From the NCBI GenBank assembly GCA_965214615.1, contig OZ243952.1, forward strand, positions 2,445,734 to 2,509,733: a stretch of 64,000 nucleotides of DNA. The letters run 5' to 3'. The notes beneath the pieces are model-generated. The model searched no databases, was not told where the DNA came from, and worked only from the letters and a program-made list of their open reading frames with translations. A program made the translations under genes and the position numbers. Source of the stretch: Arenicellales bacterium. GTDB taxonomy: Bacteria; Pseudomonadota; Gammaproteobacteria; Arenicellales; JAJDZL01. Below, one piece after another: positions 23,101-27,314 of this stretch. Position 1 is the stretch's first letter; each line of letters opens with the position of its first letter.

Positions 23101-26100
23101 CCGGACTGTGTAGCTTTTCTCATTGTCGGTGATGCCGTCATTTTCATCGGCATCGGTTTCTCTCAGTGGCACTTCGGATTCGGAGATAGTCACGCCGCGC
23201 TCGTCGTCATCTTCAACGGTGAGCGTCTTGTCGTCAGGACTCACCACATCAATGCCGCCGCTCGCCGCGGCCGATACCTTGAATGTCTTATCTAGCGCAT
23301 CGATTTGATTTGCCTGCGCGGTAATCGTCACCTCTTCCGTACTGGCTTTTGCGCCTGCAGCAATCGTCAATGTCGTGTTGCTGCTTAAAGCGATATCAGA
23401 TGCAGCCGCCGGCGATACATGCGTGGCACTTACTTCCAACGTTACGGCCTCACTGGCAGTGCCACTCATGCTAGCGGTCACAGTCGAAAGACCGGAGTCT
23501 GCACCGCCGTCTTCAGTAATTTTTTCGGGCGATAGAATTAGAGTGACTTCCGGGGTGTCCTCGTTGTCATCAATCGTGAAAGTGGCCGGAGATATCGTTA
23601 TTGCTGAAAGACCGTCAATCGTGCCGTTCACGCTGAGTGTTTCGTCACGCTCGTATATTTCGTCATCCTTAAGCGTGAGTTCGAATTCCCCTTCTATCGA
23701 ATCAGTGCCCGCAAGAAGTACGATGTCGAATTCCGCTACTGCGGCATAATCATCAGTTACGGTTGCAGGGTAGGTTTTCCCAGGCCCGACGTCGATTGTT
23801 ATGGCTTGATTTTCAGCAAATCGAGTTGCTCCGGAAATTGTCGCTGTGACTGTAACTTCAACTTCACCTGAATCTTCCACAGCCGAGGTCTGCGCACCTG
23901 CAGCCGCGGAAACATCTATAGCCAGATTGATGACGCTCGGAGCGGCGTCTTCGTCGTTGACTGTCACCTCGATGTTATCAATCGTAAGGTCTGCGTAATC
24001 GGTACCTGAACCGTCGATTGTGTGGGATATTTCTGTCGTTCGCTTGTCTTCGGGGTTGTCGATATTGTCGTCCACCGCGGAGACTGTGATCGTCCTCGAC
24101 TGATTCCAGTTCGATGGCGTGAACGTAATGCTGGTCGGGGTAACCGTCGCAACCGACGCAACCGACGTTTCTGAACTTTTTAGATTGACAGTTACATCAC
24201 CCGTCGGTTCGCTGTCGAGTACGATTGTGTATTCATTCTGGGTGCTTTCCACCGAGTTAGTATCAGGGTCGTCCGATTCCCATATCTCAATCTTGGATCC
24301 AGCGGACAGGGTTACACCACGAGTATCGTCATCTTCAATTATGAGTGTTACGGATTCTTCTGGGTCTTCAACATCGTGGCCGCCGCTCGCTGTTGCCGAA
24401 ACAGAAACTTTCTTGTTCTCTGCATCGATTTCATTGTTCACGGCAGTAATCGTAACTGTCTCTGTACTGGCCGTTGCACCCGCTGCTATCGTCAGTGTCT
24501 TTGCATCACTCAGTGTGAAATCAGAATTCACTGCCGGCGCAAGCGCGGCTGCTTTGACCGTAAGTTCAACCGTCTCGCTTGCTTCGCCGCTCAATGTGGC
24601 TTCCACGTTGGTTGATCCGCCGTTCTCACCGATACTTGCATCCGTCAAGCTCAGGGTAACTGTCGGTTTTGGCTCATCGTCGCCTATCGTTATCGTTGCA
24701 GGCGTAAAGGTCACGCCATCAAGCTTTCCCGTTACACTGATTGTCTCGTCCAATTCGTAAATATCGTCGTCGGACAACTTCAGAGTAAACGGTTCGGTAA
24801 AACTTTTTTCCCCTGCCGGTATTTTGAGATCGAAATCTGGCACGGAAGTGTAGTCTTCGCCCTCAGTCGAGGAGTCGCTTGGGATGTCGCCGACAGAAAT
24901 TACGACAGTCTTGTCGGTAGAAAACCGTGTCGGGCTAGTGATTTCGGCGGTGACATTGACCGATAAATCTCCATCGCCTTCATCAACTTCGTCCTGATCG
25001 CCTTGCGTGTCGGTATCGGTGTCTACCGTAATCGTGATTGCGTTCGGCGCAGGGTCATCATCGTTGATTGTGCCGGTTGCCTGGCTCGTTTCAATCGCAG
25101 GTGCCGGAAGCCCGTCTAATGCTCTCGGGGCGGCCAGCGTCACCAGAAAAGTTTCGTTTTCTTCGTCAAGAATGTCTTGCGAAGAGGCGACGGAAAAATT
25201 CTGGTCTGTCACCCCTTCACCAAACGTAAGAGTCGCACTATTTGCGGTGTAATCTTTATCTGCGATGGCGTGATTTGCACCTGTGTCGTCCTTAGTCTGT
25301 GCTCGAACTGAAATCCTATTGCCTGTTGCGCCTGTTCTTTTGACCTTGAAAGCAAGATTGGTCCCTTCTGTTGCCGTAGCAGCTTCGATCGAAAATTTTG
25401 GTTGCGTCTCATCATCCTTGATAGTGAATTGAAGTGGTTTATGACCGTCTGGGCCGTCTGCTGCTTTTAATCCATCGTTAAACGTACTTGTGCCGAAATT
25501 TAAATCAATTTTGAATGTTTCGTCGCGTTCCCACAAATCATCGTCTTCTGGGGAGATCGTTACTGTGCAGACATACTTTGCTGGGCTGCCTTCTTCTGCG
25601 CATTCAGACCCGTCAACTTTATCTGGTGCAAAAAAATCATCTGGTTTTCCTCCCTTTGCTGGATTGACAGGCGTATATTTCAGTGCAAAGCTCGGCTGTC
25701 CCTCGTCCAGATCAACCGTAAACGGCGCATTTTCGGAACTTGTAACCGGACCATTCGGCGGTCTCGCCAATTCAATTTCGAATGTAAGCTTCGCATCCGA
25801 ATCCTCGTCAATCTCGCTACTGCTAAGGTTCCGCAATTTCACCGGAGTTTTGTTGACATCAATCATGACGACTTCGAATCGGTTGCGGTCCCCTCTTTCG
25901 TAGTTGGAATCCAATTTTGATTCATCGATTTCGATTGCGAGTAGTTCGTAGTGGCGCTCGTCTATGCCATCACTTTTTATCTTTAGGGTGGCTGTTCCGG
26001 ATGTCTGTCCCGCACTTATGGTGATAGCAGCGGGCAGATCAAAGTCAGCCGAGTCTACTGTCGTCGATGGAAACCCAATTGGTTTCAGTGGAATCGTCAA

Positions 26101-27282
26101 GTCCTGGGCAGGTGCGGTACCTCTGAGTGTCGCGGTGATGGTTGTGCTTCCGCCTTCGGTTATTTTAGTTCGAGTCGAAGGAAATACACTGCCGGTGAGA
26201 GGAAAATATTGAATGGGAGCTATTCCATGAAGGTACACAATTGCGGCTTTATCGGTTGGCTTCCCATCGTCATCCTGAATCGTAAACGACCTCGTAGCTG
26301 TAGTAGATTCGAGACCGGAACCGCTCTCAACATTAAATAATATGGGTTTGTTCTTACCAACATGAGCACGGAACGTCAGTGCAAACTGTTCATCAGGCTC
26401 AGGAGTATCGTCGTCGATAATTCCCTTTAGGGACCCCGTTGCGGAACTTGTATTCGCCGGAAATGCAAGTCTTTCCGATTCATCAGTGAGTTCAAGCTCG
26501 TCCTTGTCGATATCGATCTTTGATGATGTACCACCGCGGCCAGATGCCACTGTAGCCGTCCTATGATCCGAATCATACAAAGTCCATCCAATCGTAAAAT
26601 CATGTGGGACAGTATTGTCCAAATCAAAGGTAACCTGCTTATTGTTGTTCCCTTTCGTTTCTGGAATTCCGATGGGGGATGAAGGGGTGATGGTTATAGT
26701 GCGTTGCTGCTTTTCATAAATCTCGAGATCTTTTATCTCGTGTCTTTCGTTGACAGTTATCTTCAACCCTAAATACTCGGTCGCTTCATAGGTACTGTCT
26801 CCACGTATCATAATTTCGATTGACTGAGAATCAGTGTCGTTCGCGGCAAAACTCAAAGTGCCACTTACAGGCATGTAATCATCACCCGACGTCGCCTGCG
26901 GTGAAGTCGTAGAATTTATTGTTTCGTACTTTATATCCAGAGGTTCGGAAAGTTCGGAAGGACTTCCTTTACGCTTGAATGTAAATTTCGCCGGATAGCC
27001 TTCGCCGAAACGAAAGCCGGAACTAGGTGTTTCTTGCGAGGCACCTTGATCAATAAGCCCGAGGCATCGAACCTCCAAAATGTCACCAAATAAATCCCCA
27101 AAACCAGGGCAAGGGACACCATCATTGGCTTTTGCCGGCACAAATATTCCAATCAAGACCAGAACTAGGCCTAGTACGGCCTGAGCTTTCCAGTACTCGA
27201 ATAATGAAAGCGGAAAATTGGGGTGGAGGACGTAGCTTGGCGGTTGAACTGGCAGCGAGAACCCTGAATTCTTGCCACTCAT
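7045..27282 (-). CDS. Giant (6,745 aa) acidic repeat protein: extended signal sequence, dozens of Calx-beta-like modules, C-terminal autotransporter-type beta-barrel (adhesin candidate)
   Basis: One uninterrupted 20,238-nt ORF. Modules of ~100-125 aa each end in DDD/DDE. Many carry Calx-beta-like signatures (..DSATEGTDY..F.L.P..D..DE.DE...V.G.L; ..AEADEGEFLEFTVELSAPS...DYEEVSGTIEFSEGEDRKMVQV..). The C-terminus has an alternating hydrophobic pattern and ends GIMLTIGGRW. Confidence 0.9.
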   Translation of the reverse strand: MSGKNSGFSLPVQPPSYVLHPNFPLSLFEYWKAQAVLGLVLVLIGIFVPAKANDGVPCPGFGDLFGDILEVRCLGLIDQGASQETPSSGFRFGEGYPAKFTFKRKGSPSELSEPLDIKYETINSTTSPQATSGDDYMPVSGTLSFAANDTDSQSIEIMIRGDSTYEATEYLGLKITVNERHEIKDLEIYEKQQRTITITPSSPIGIPETKGNNNKQVTFDLDNTVPHDFTIGWTLYDSDHRTATVASGRGGTSSKIDIDKDELELTDESERLAFPANTSSATGSLKGIIDDDTPEPDEQFALTFRAHVGKNKPILFNVESGSGLESTTATRSFTIQDDDGKPTDKAAIVYLHGIAPIQYFPLTGSVFPSTRTKITEGGSTTITATLRGTAPAQDLTIPLKPIGFPSTTVDSADFDLPAAITISAGQTSGTATLKIKSDGIDERHYELLAIEIDESKLDSNYERGDRNRFEVVMIDVNKTPVKLRNLSSSEIDEDSDAKLTFEIELARPPNGPVTSSENAPFTVDLDEGQPSFALKYTPVNPAKGGKPDDFFAPDKVDGSECAEEGSPAKYVCTVTISPEDDDLWERDETFKIDLNFGTSTFNDGLKAADGPDGHKPLQFTIKDDETQPKFSIEAATATEGTNLAFKVKRTGATGNRISVRAQTKDDTGANHAIADKDYTANSATLTFGEGVTDQNFSVASSQDILDEENETFLVTLAAPRALDGLPAPAIETSQATGTINDDDPAPNAITITVDTDTDTQGDQDEVDEGDGDLSVNVTAEITSPTRFSTDKTVVISVGDIPSDSSTEGEDYTSVPDFDLKIPAGEKSFTEPFTLKLSDDDIYELDETISVTGKLDGVTFTPATITIGDDEPKPTVTLSLTDASIGENGGSTNVEATLSGEASETVELTVKAAALAPAVNSDFTLSDAKTLTIAAGATASTETVTITAVNNEIDAENKKVSVSATASGGHDVEDPEESVTLIIEDDDTRGVTLSAGSKIEIWESDDPDTNSVESTQNEYTIVLDSEPTGDVTVNLKSSETSVASVATVTPTSITFTPSNWNQSRTITVSAVDDNIDNPEDKRTTEISHTIDGSGTDYADLTIDNIEVTVNDEDAAPSVINLAIDVSAAAGAQTSAVEDSGEVEVTVTATISGATRFAENQAITIDVGPGKTYPATVTDDYAAVAEFDIVLLAGTDSIEGEFELTLKDDEIYERDETLSVNGTIDGLSAITISPATFTIDDNEDTPEVTLILSPEKITEDGGADSGLSTVTASMSGTASEAVTLEVSATHVSPAAASDIALSSNTTLTIAAGAKASTEEVTITAQANQIDALDKTFKVSAAASGGIDVVSPDDKTLTVEDDDERGVTISESEVPLRETDADENDGITDNEKSYTVRLNSQPAIGSVSITVASESESVATVDEKTLTFSTSTWDEPQTVTISAVDDDIDNDEDKRTTNITHTLSAQGEDNDYVGVTAEKIKVTVEDDDDEPTAMTITVDTNTNSSGIQNTVAENVGSASVRLTVAIDGETRFDDDKTVAVTFGADGDSATATADYTAADFNIKLPRGDASASENFTLTVVDDDLDEPDSETFSIEGSLDGITVAGTTITIQDNETKPTVRLKLSKSNVTEADESVTVTADLTGKSSEDVTLTVAAAAGTRASNDDFTLSENVTLTIAAGTTDSTGTVTIATVDNDIDTDNKTVTVSANAEGGNDVDNPANVDLTIEDDDERGIRISESSVTVNEADIPDTQDNTDKEHQKTYEVVLLSEPTGEVTINVASDDTTIATVSATSLTFDADDWDDPQTVTITAVDDPDDNDGDKRETTITHTVNATGTDYSAVPASDIAVTVNDDEGTPVVSLTLSETSIDENGGATSGSSTVTASMNGTSSQAVTLAISASPEHDGDSGAFNITANKTLTIAAHSLNSTGTVTITAVDNEIHDADKKITVSATASGGNGVAAPASAELKIVNDDVRGVMVSKTEFDLDEEDDGLTSSTTENEGTYTINLTSRPTGTVTVNLKSSDESVATVSPTSITIAPNSNWNNARTVTVTSKADNIDNIDNKRIANITHTLSAGTDYEGLVVPRVEVTVEDDDDPPTAMTIEVDTNLSAGGNQTAVTEGPGVTPTIRVTAKITGDTRFAVPKTVAVSFGKAADSATEGSDYTIVDMDITIPVGLPSASGQTVLTIEDNDLHELSEQFSVEGTLADVTVTGTSVTINDDESKPTLTLDLSAATITENGQTTTVTATLSGKSSEDVELTVAAVPETGTGASVSDFSLTDNKILTIAAGGTDSTETVQITSIDNDIDAANKQVTVSAAASGGNGVSAPSSKILTITDDDERGVDISIDAAGDLKEEDASQTDSKENEKIYNVVLTSEPTGGSVRINIASNDKTVATVSPDSLFFSNSTWNVERDVTITSVNDDIDNTDEERTTTITHEVIAVSTDYENVKADSIAVTVDDDDVPPTAMKLTVDVSSVGEAAGQTAIAVTATITSRTRFATETDVSVDVGKSSDSATEGTDYANVDRFIIKIPAGAASKTESFNLTPTNDTTDEIDETISIEGTLSRVSVTPAAVTITDNDATPTVTLSLSTNSIAENGGSSRVMANLSGTSSEDVTLTVAATPVSPAVVGDFTLSETTTLTIAAGGISSSGQVSVTAVNNNVDAANKQLTISATAQGGHGVANPGSLPLTITDDDTRGITVTPTTVTMEEKDNAGTKNTAEHQKTYKIRLNSEPSGGTVTINTQSADSEVATVLPSSLTFDTSDWSTEKSVVVTAVDDIIDNAGNSRTTTITNSVSAADTDYKDESADPVNVTVNDDDVEPTAVKITVSANSGADASQISINEGATATTVDVTATITSSTRFATSETVAVKVGNSGDTAAETTDYANVADFEIVIPAGAASATESFTLTPTDDAIDEVDEVLSVKGTLAGVTVTDASVKILDNEDTPTVTLSLTNGSISENGGSSQLAASLSGVSSEALTLSVTVRASSGASKNDLTLSGTMLNIPANSTNSNSITISAVDNDIDTDDKEFTVSASATGGHGVGSPESLTLTVQDEDTRGITISSTTLVLDEVDNPSTTIDEHERIYVIVLDSEPTGAVKVSLTNEDETAAVVTPVMHTFTSGNWNQPQAFTVTSKNDNIDNTDDRKTTKISHAVSADGTDYAGETIDDVSVTVNDDDATPRRIKLEVDTNVTSSGKQRRIREPAGQTEVEVTAKVVGSSRFADAQRIDVSVGKSGDTASEGTDYNTISGVVITIPAGAESASKRFNLTPINDTVDETNERITVDGTGLDTPSLNIVEDTITIIDDEGTPTVSLVLGASAIGENAGSTTVTASLDRASGANISLVVAVTPVDPAVAGDFTLSSNTTLTIAAGSLASTETVSITAVDNDIDTPNKELTVSATATTASLDMRLHVEDPVAEKLEITDDDVSGVSISATKIEIDEADDGDTAATENKKIYEIELDSEPIGTVTIDIGSDDTTVATVLPARITFDKDDWDTAQEITVTAVDDDIDNTDDERTAIISHTVRSTEPDYVKVTAASVDIEVADVDETPTEMTVTVDTSIRDDGVQGTVGEGAGSPTMRATVAIVGDIRFATSQTVAITFGKEGDGATNPADYSVSNFNITIPAEMGSASTTFAFTVSDDDLDEPNEQLSVEGQLAGVEITGTSITIEDNDATPTATLSLSPTTINESGQGTTSTVTAALSSKSSQAITIEVAAAAGEGAVSSDFTLSANTTLTIAAGQTASTGTVTVAAVNNEVDAADKEVTVSGTTTGGGVSDPNSQTLTIADEDARGVVVSAASAGVSVAEVDDALTSSAKENEATYTVMLTSEPSGGAVTIEVESEATTIATVSPVSLNFTDTTWNVAQTVTVTGIDDNIDNTGGSRATTITHTVDADDTDYEHETAGSVAVTVNDDEVLPTVSMSLADASISESGGSTTITASLTGKSSEDITLSLSVSPSAGAAAGDLTLSGNSLTIAAGTIQSDPVTIESVNNDIDTANKEFTISATASGGNDIDDPDDQTLTITDDDERGIIVTPVALTVDEVDNPDTAAVSENEKSYEVKLNSQPTGAVTVNINNEHNSVATVSAASLSFGPSDWKTAKSVKVTAVDDNIDNTGGERTASIAHSVAATNTDYNGETALGVTVTVTDDDAAPDALTLSVDTDSATDGEQTELAENAGATTVTVTAEIDGDTRFADDKTVSITIGNSTDDSATEGTDYSATDVTLTLPAGKASVSGTFTLTPTVDSVDEPDETVTVEGSLSSIDTVAAATITITDNNDKPTLSLAITDSDDSISEDGGSTSITASLDGVSSQDVTLTVSTTAVSPAVAADFTQTGTTLTIAAGSTSSTETVTIAAVDNDIDAANKTFTVSATATGGNDIADPANQTLTIIDDDERGVTVSKSAVTVEEADGGASEHQDTYTVVLDSEPTGGTVTINPASGANTIATVSPASLAFTASNWDDEQTVTVTAVDDNVDNTDNERTTQITHTVSAGGTDYSSETVDSVDVTVNDDDGTPVVRLVLTPASIEEDGGSSTGTTTVTATMGGESSEAVTLTVSTAPDGSASASDLTQSGTTLTIAAGYRASTGTVTIAAVDNDIDAANKTFTVSATATGGNDIADPANQTLTITDDDERGVTVSKSAVTVEEADGDASEHQDTYTVVLDSEPTGGTVTINLSSDANTIATVSPASLAFTASNWDDEQTVTVTAVDDDVDNTDNERTTQITHMVSASGTDYSDETVDSVDVTVNDDDGTPTVSLVLTPASIEEDGGSSTGTTTVTATMGGESSEAVTLTVSAAPVGSAAAADITQSGTTLTIAAGSRDSTGTVTIAAVDNDIDAANKTFTVSATATGGNGIAAPDSETLTITDDDQRGVTVSKSAVTVEEADGGSSEHQDTYTVVLDSEPTGGTVTINLSSDANTIATVSPASLAFTASNWESERTVTVTAIDDDIDNANNKRTTQITHTVSAGGTDYSAETVGNVDVTVNDDDGTPAVTLKLTPASIDENGGATSGTSTVTATLSGKSSAAVTVTVAAAAGTNTSSSDFTLSANKTLTIAADTTASTGVVTIAAVDNDVDAPDKSVTVSATATGGGVSDPSDQTLTITDDETTPTVALILDPTTINESGSSNSSTVTATLSGESHEAVTVEVAAAAGTDTSSSDFTLSTNKTLTIAAGFTASTGAVTIAAVDNDVDAPNKSVTVSGTATGGGVSDPSDRMLTIADDEGVPTVTLNLSANSIDESGSDNASTVTATLSGKASAAVEVVVSVPDGAPVTQSGTTLTFAAGTTTSTGTVTITAADNDVDAPNATVAVSGAANGGGVLNPAGLTLTIEDDDERGVSVAADPIVIDEADNAGTSGALEHQSTYTIVLDSEPSGGSVTINLKVVDTNVATIDENSVTFTASNWNRARTITVQAVADQIDNTGNSRTTQITHTMSATGTDYSTITSVPSIAVTVNDDDGAPVVSLVLTPLKVKENGGLTSGVSTVTATMSGASSQQVSLTVSAAANSPATSSDFQLAGSTLTIAAGSRASTGTVTIASIDNKVDSDDKTITVSAVASGGNGLNSPSPKTLTIEDDDVRGVSISKSAIKLSEADDAGTQNTKENQAQYTIELESQPTGTVAVNIASSNTNVATVDKNSVQFTASNWLLPQTVIVTAVQDSVDNAEDKRVTTITHTVSAANTDYEDVSADNVDITVDDDDGSPMISIDNPQVEEGDGEDAKSLEFTVTLAPQSSSTVTVDFADTGTGTASAGTDYEQFASGQLTFAPGEESKKITVTVKPDSNDESDETIVLRLSNPANAGFLGAASTIDGTGTITDNDEAPSVSVGDVVSVREGDDPQTTTEMTFEVSVDAVSVNEVVVNYQLSGTASAASDYVEPAQLMVSIAPGTKTATIAIPIKGDTIDEGLETIVVTLIQPSNANLSSVQGATVATGNIIDDDFTITPELDTIYEDETLAYTVSGIESAYSSLKLRIGQASSASLGSDFKLLSGNDAELAVNHSLTPVNGRIKFKVKALADDVAEIDESIVLILDDSTNSLGVQLGVLALIDGARPVAGVDVSKTSMALVEGGAAGEYTLVLTKAPDPGTSVTITATSNLPSAVAVNASGGTPGPAATLTFTEQNWSREQTVTVVPQLDDDIADAEAVITHSVAGTGSYASVTADSVQVSVQDSGPAMTILDAEADEGEFLEFTVELSAPSTGNVAITWNTLPQTATPNLDYEEVSGTIEFSEGEDRKMVQVFAMNDAVSEPPEMFSVELSSPRNTRLDRGSATGTILDVQTATKEWMARFGRTITEQVIDGIGSRIQHDGTQGIEGTFAGIAFSDSAADHGGILGHASDTCGNGTWSQARHRHERVLNGHCADTGRESKSMSWIDVLTSSSFSLTEEHGDGEYTSMWARGVKSGFDSKEGTVSLSGEVITGMIGADWSSEDSRIGVILSHSEGDGDIEYDNGTAGTVSSSITALVPWASEAISERITIWGAVGYGEGDLSIGAKDDDALTTDMDWSMVAAGVRGKLIEAEKGNGFSLDFASDAFWNRTASDSAQGIAAEEAEVTRLRAGIEGGWRLQIDSGVTLNPTFELGGRYDGGDAETGFGIEFGGGLAWSMPGDGLEFAVEGRSLITHEDEDFETWSYSAQLVYDSKPSTQRGFSSTIGYELDNGATVGVEALLDNGVPTGETDDAIESQWRFTAAYGYAMNGRPVIAKPNFSYVLGESSREYQLGWQFIPVRRRNDELSLEIVADYAENEGERPESGIMLTIGGRW
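12330..14270 (-). repeat. Near-identical 711-bp (237-aa, two-module) tandem repeat, about 2.7 copies, inside the giant gene
   Basis: Antisense shadow ORFs recur at 12398, 13109 and 13820 (also 12972/13683) with a 711-nt period. 12501-12621 is identical to 13212-13332 (121 nt). The protein units ..ERGVTVSKSAVTVEEADG..EHQDTYTVVLDSEPTGGTVTIN.. differ at only a few residues. Confidence 0.85.
27127..27282 (-). other. Extended N-terminal signal-peptide-like region of the giant protein
   Basis: MSGKNSGFSLPVQPPSYVLHPNFPLSLFEYWKAQ is a ~34-aa n-region. It is followed by the hydrophobic core AVLGLVLVLIGIFV and PAKA|NDG (AxA-type site). Cleavage is not verified. Confidence 0.5.
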
Positions 27283-27314
27283 TCCACCCCCCCCCTCATA
27301 TCAAGGTGGGAATG
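27279..27314 (-). promoter_or_regulatory. Translation-initiation region of the giant gene: SD-like G tract, start-codon-occluding hairpin, 6-codon uORF
   Basis: mRNA: CAUUCCCACC-uugauaugaGGGGGG-GGGUGGAAUG. CAUUCC pairs with GGAAUG (includes the AUG) and ACC pairs with GGU, leaving one bulged C. The uORF is AUG AGG GGG GGG GUG GAA UGA (27299..27279); its UGA overlaps the main AUG (AAUGA). Function is inferred only. Confidence 0.35.
27287..27295 (-). repeat. Homopolymeric G9 tract (C9 on + strand) 4 nt upstream of the giant gene's ATG
   Basis: + strand reads attcca-ccccccccc-tcatatc. On the mRNA strand this is ..gatatgaGGGGGGGGGtggaATGagtggc. Confidence 0.95.

Noticed and set aside
7290-27152. 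Dozens of long + strand ORFs (up to 279 aa, e.g. 18899..19738, 19967..20719, 16348..17079, 11324..12016) inside the giant gene region
   Set aside because: They are antisense shadows of the 6,745-aa ORF. They repeat with the same periodicity as the sense-strand modules and have low-complexity S/V/T/A-rich or R/C/H-rich composition. None has RBS or family support. The sense ORF is uninterrupted for 20 kb, which cannot be chance.
7045-27282. Regular repeats that might be mistaken for a CRISPR array or satellite
   Set aside because: The repeat units are 300-1,035 nt, in frame, diverged and fully coding. There is no alternation of short identical repeats with unique spacers.
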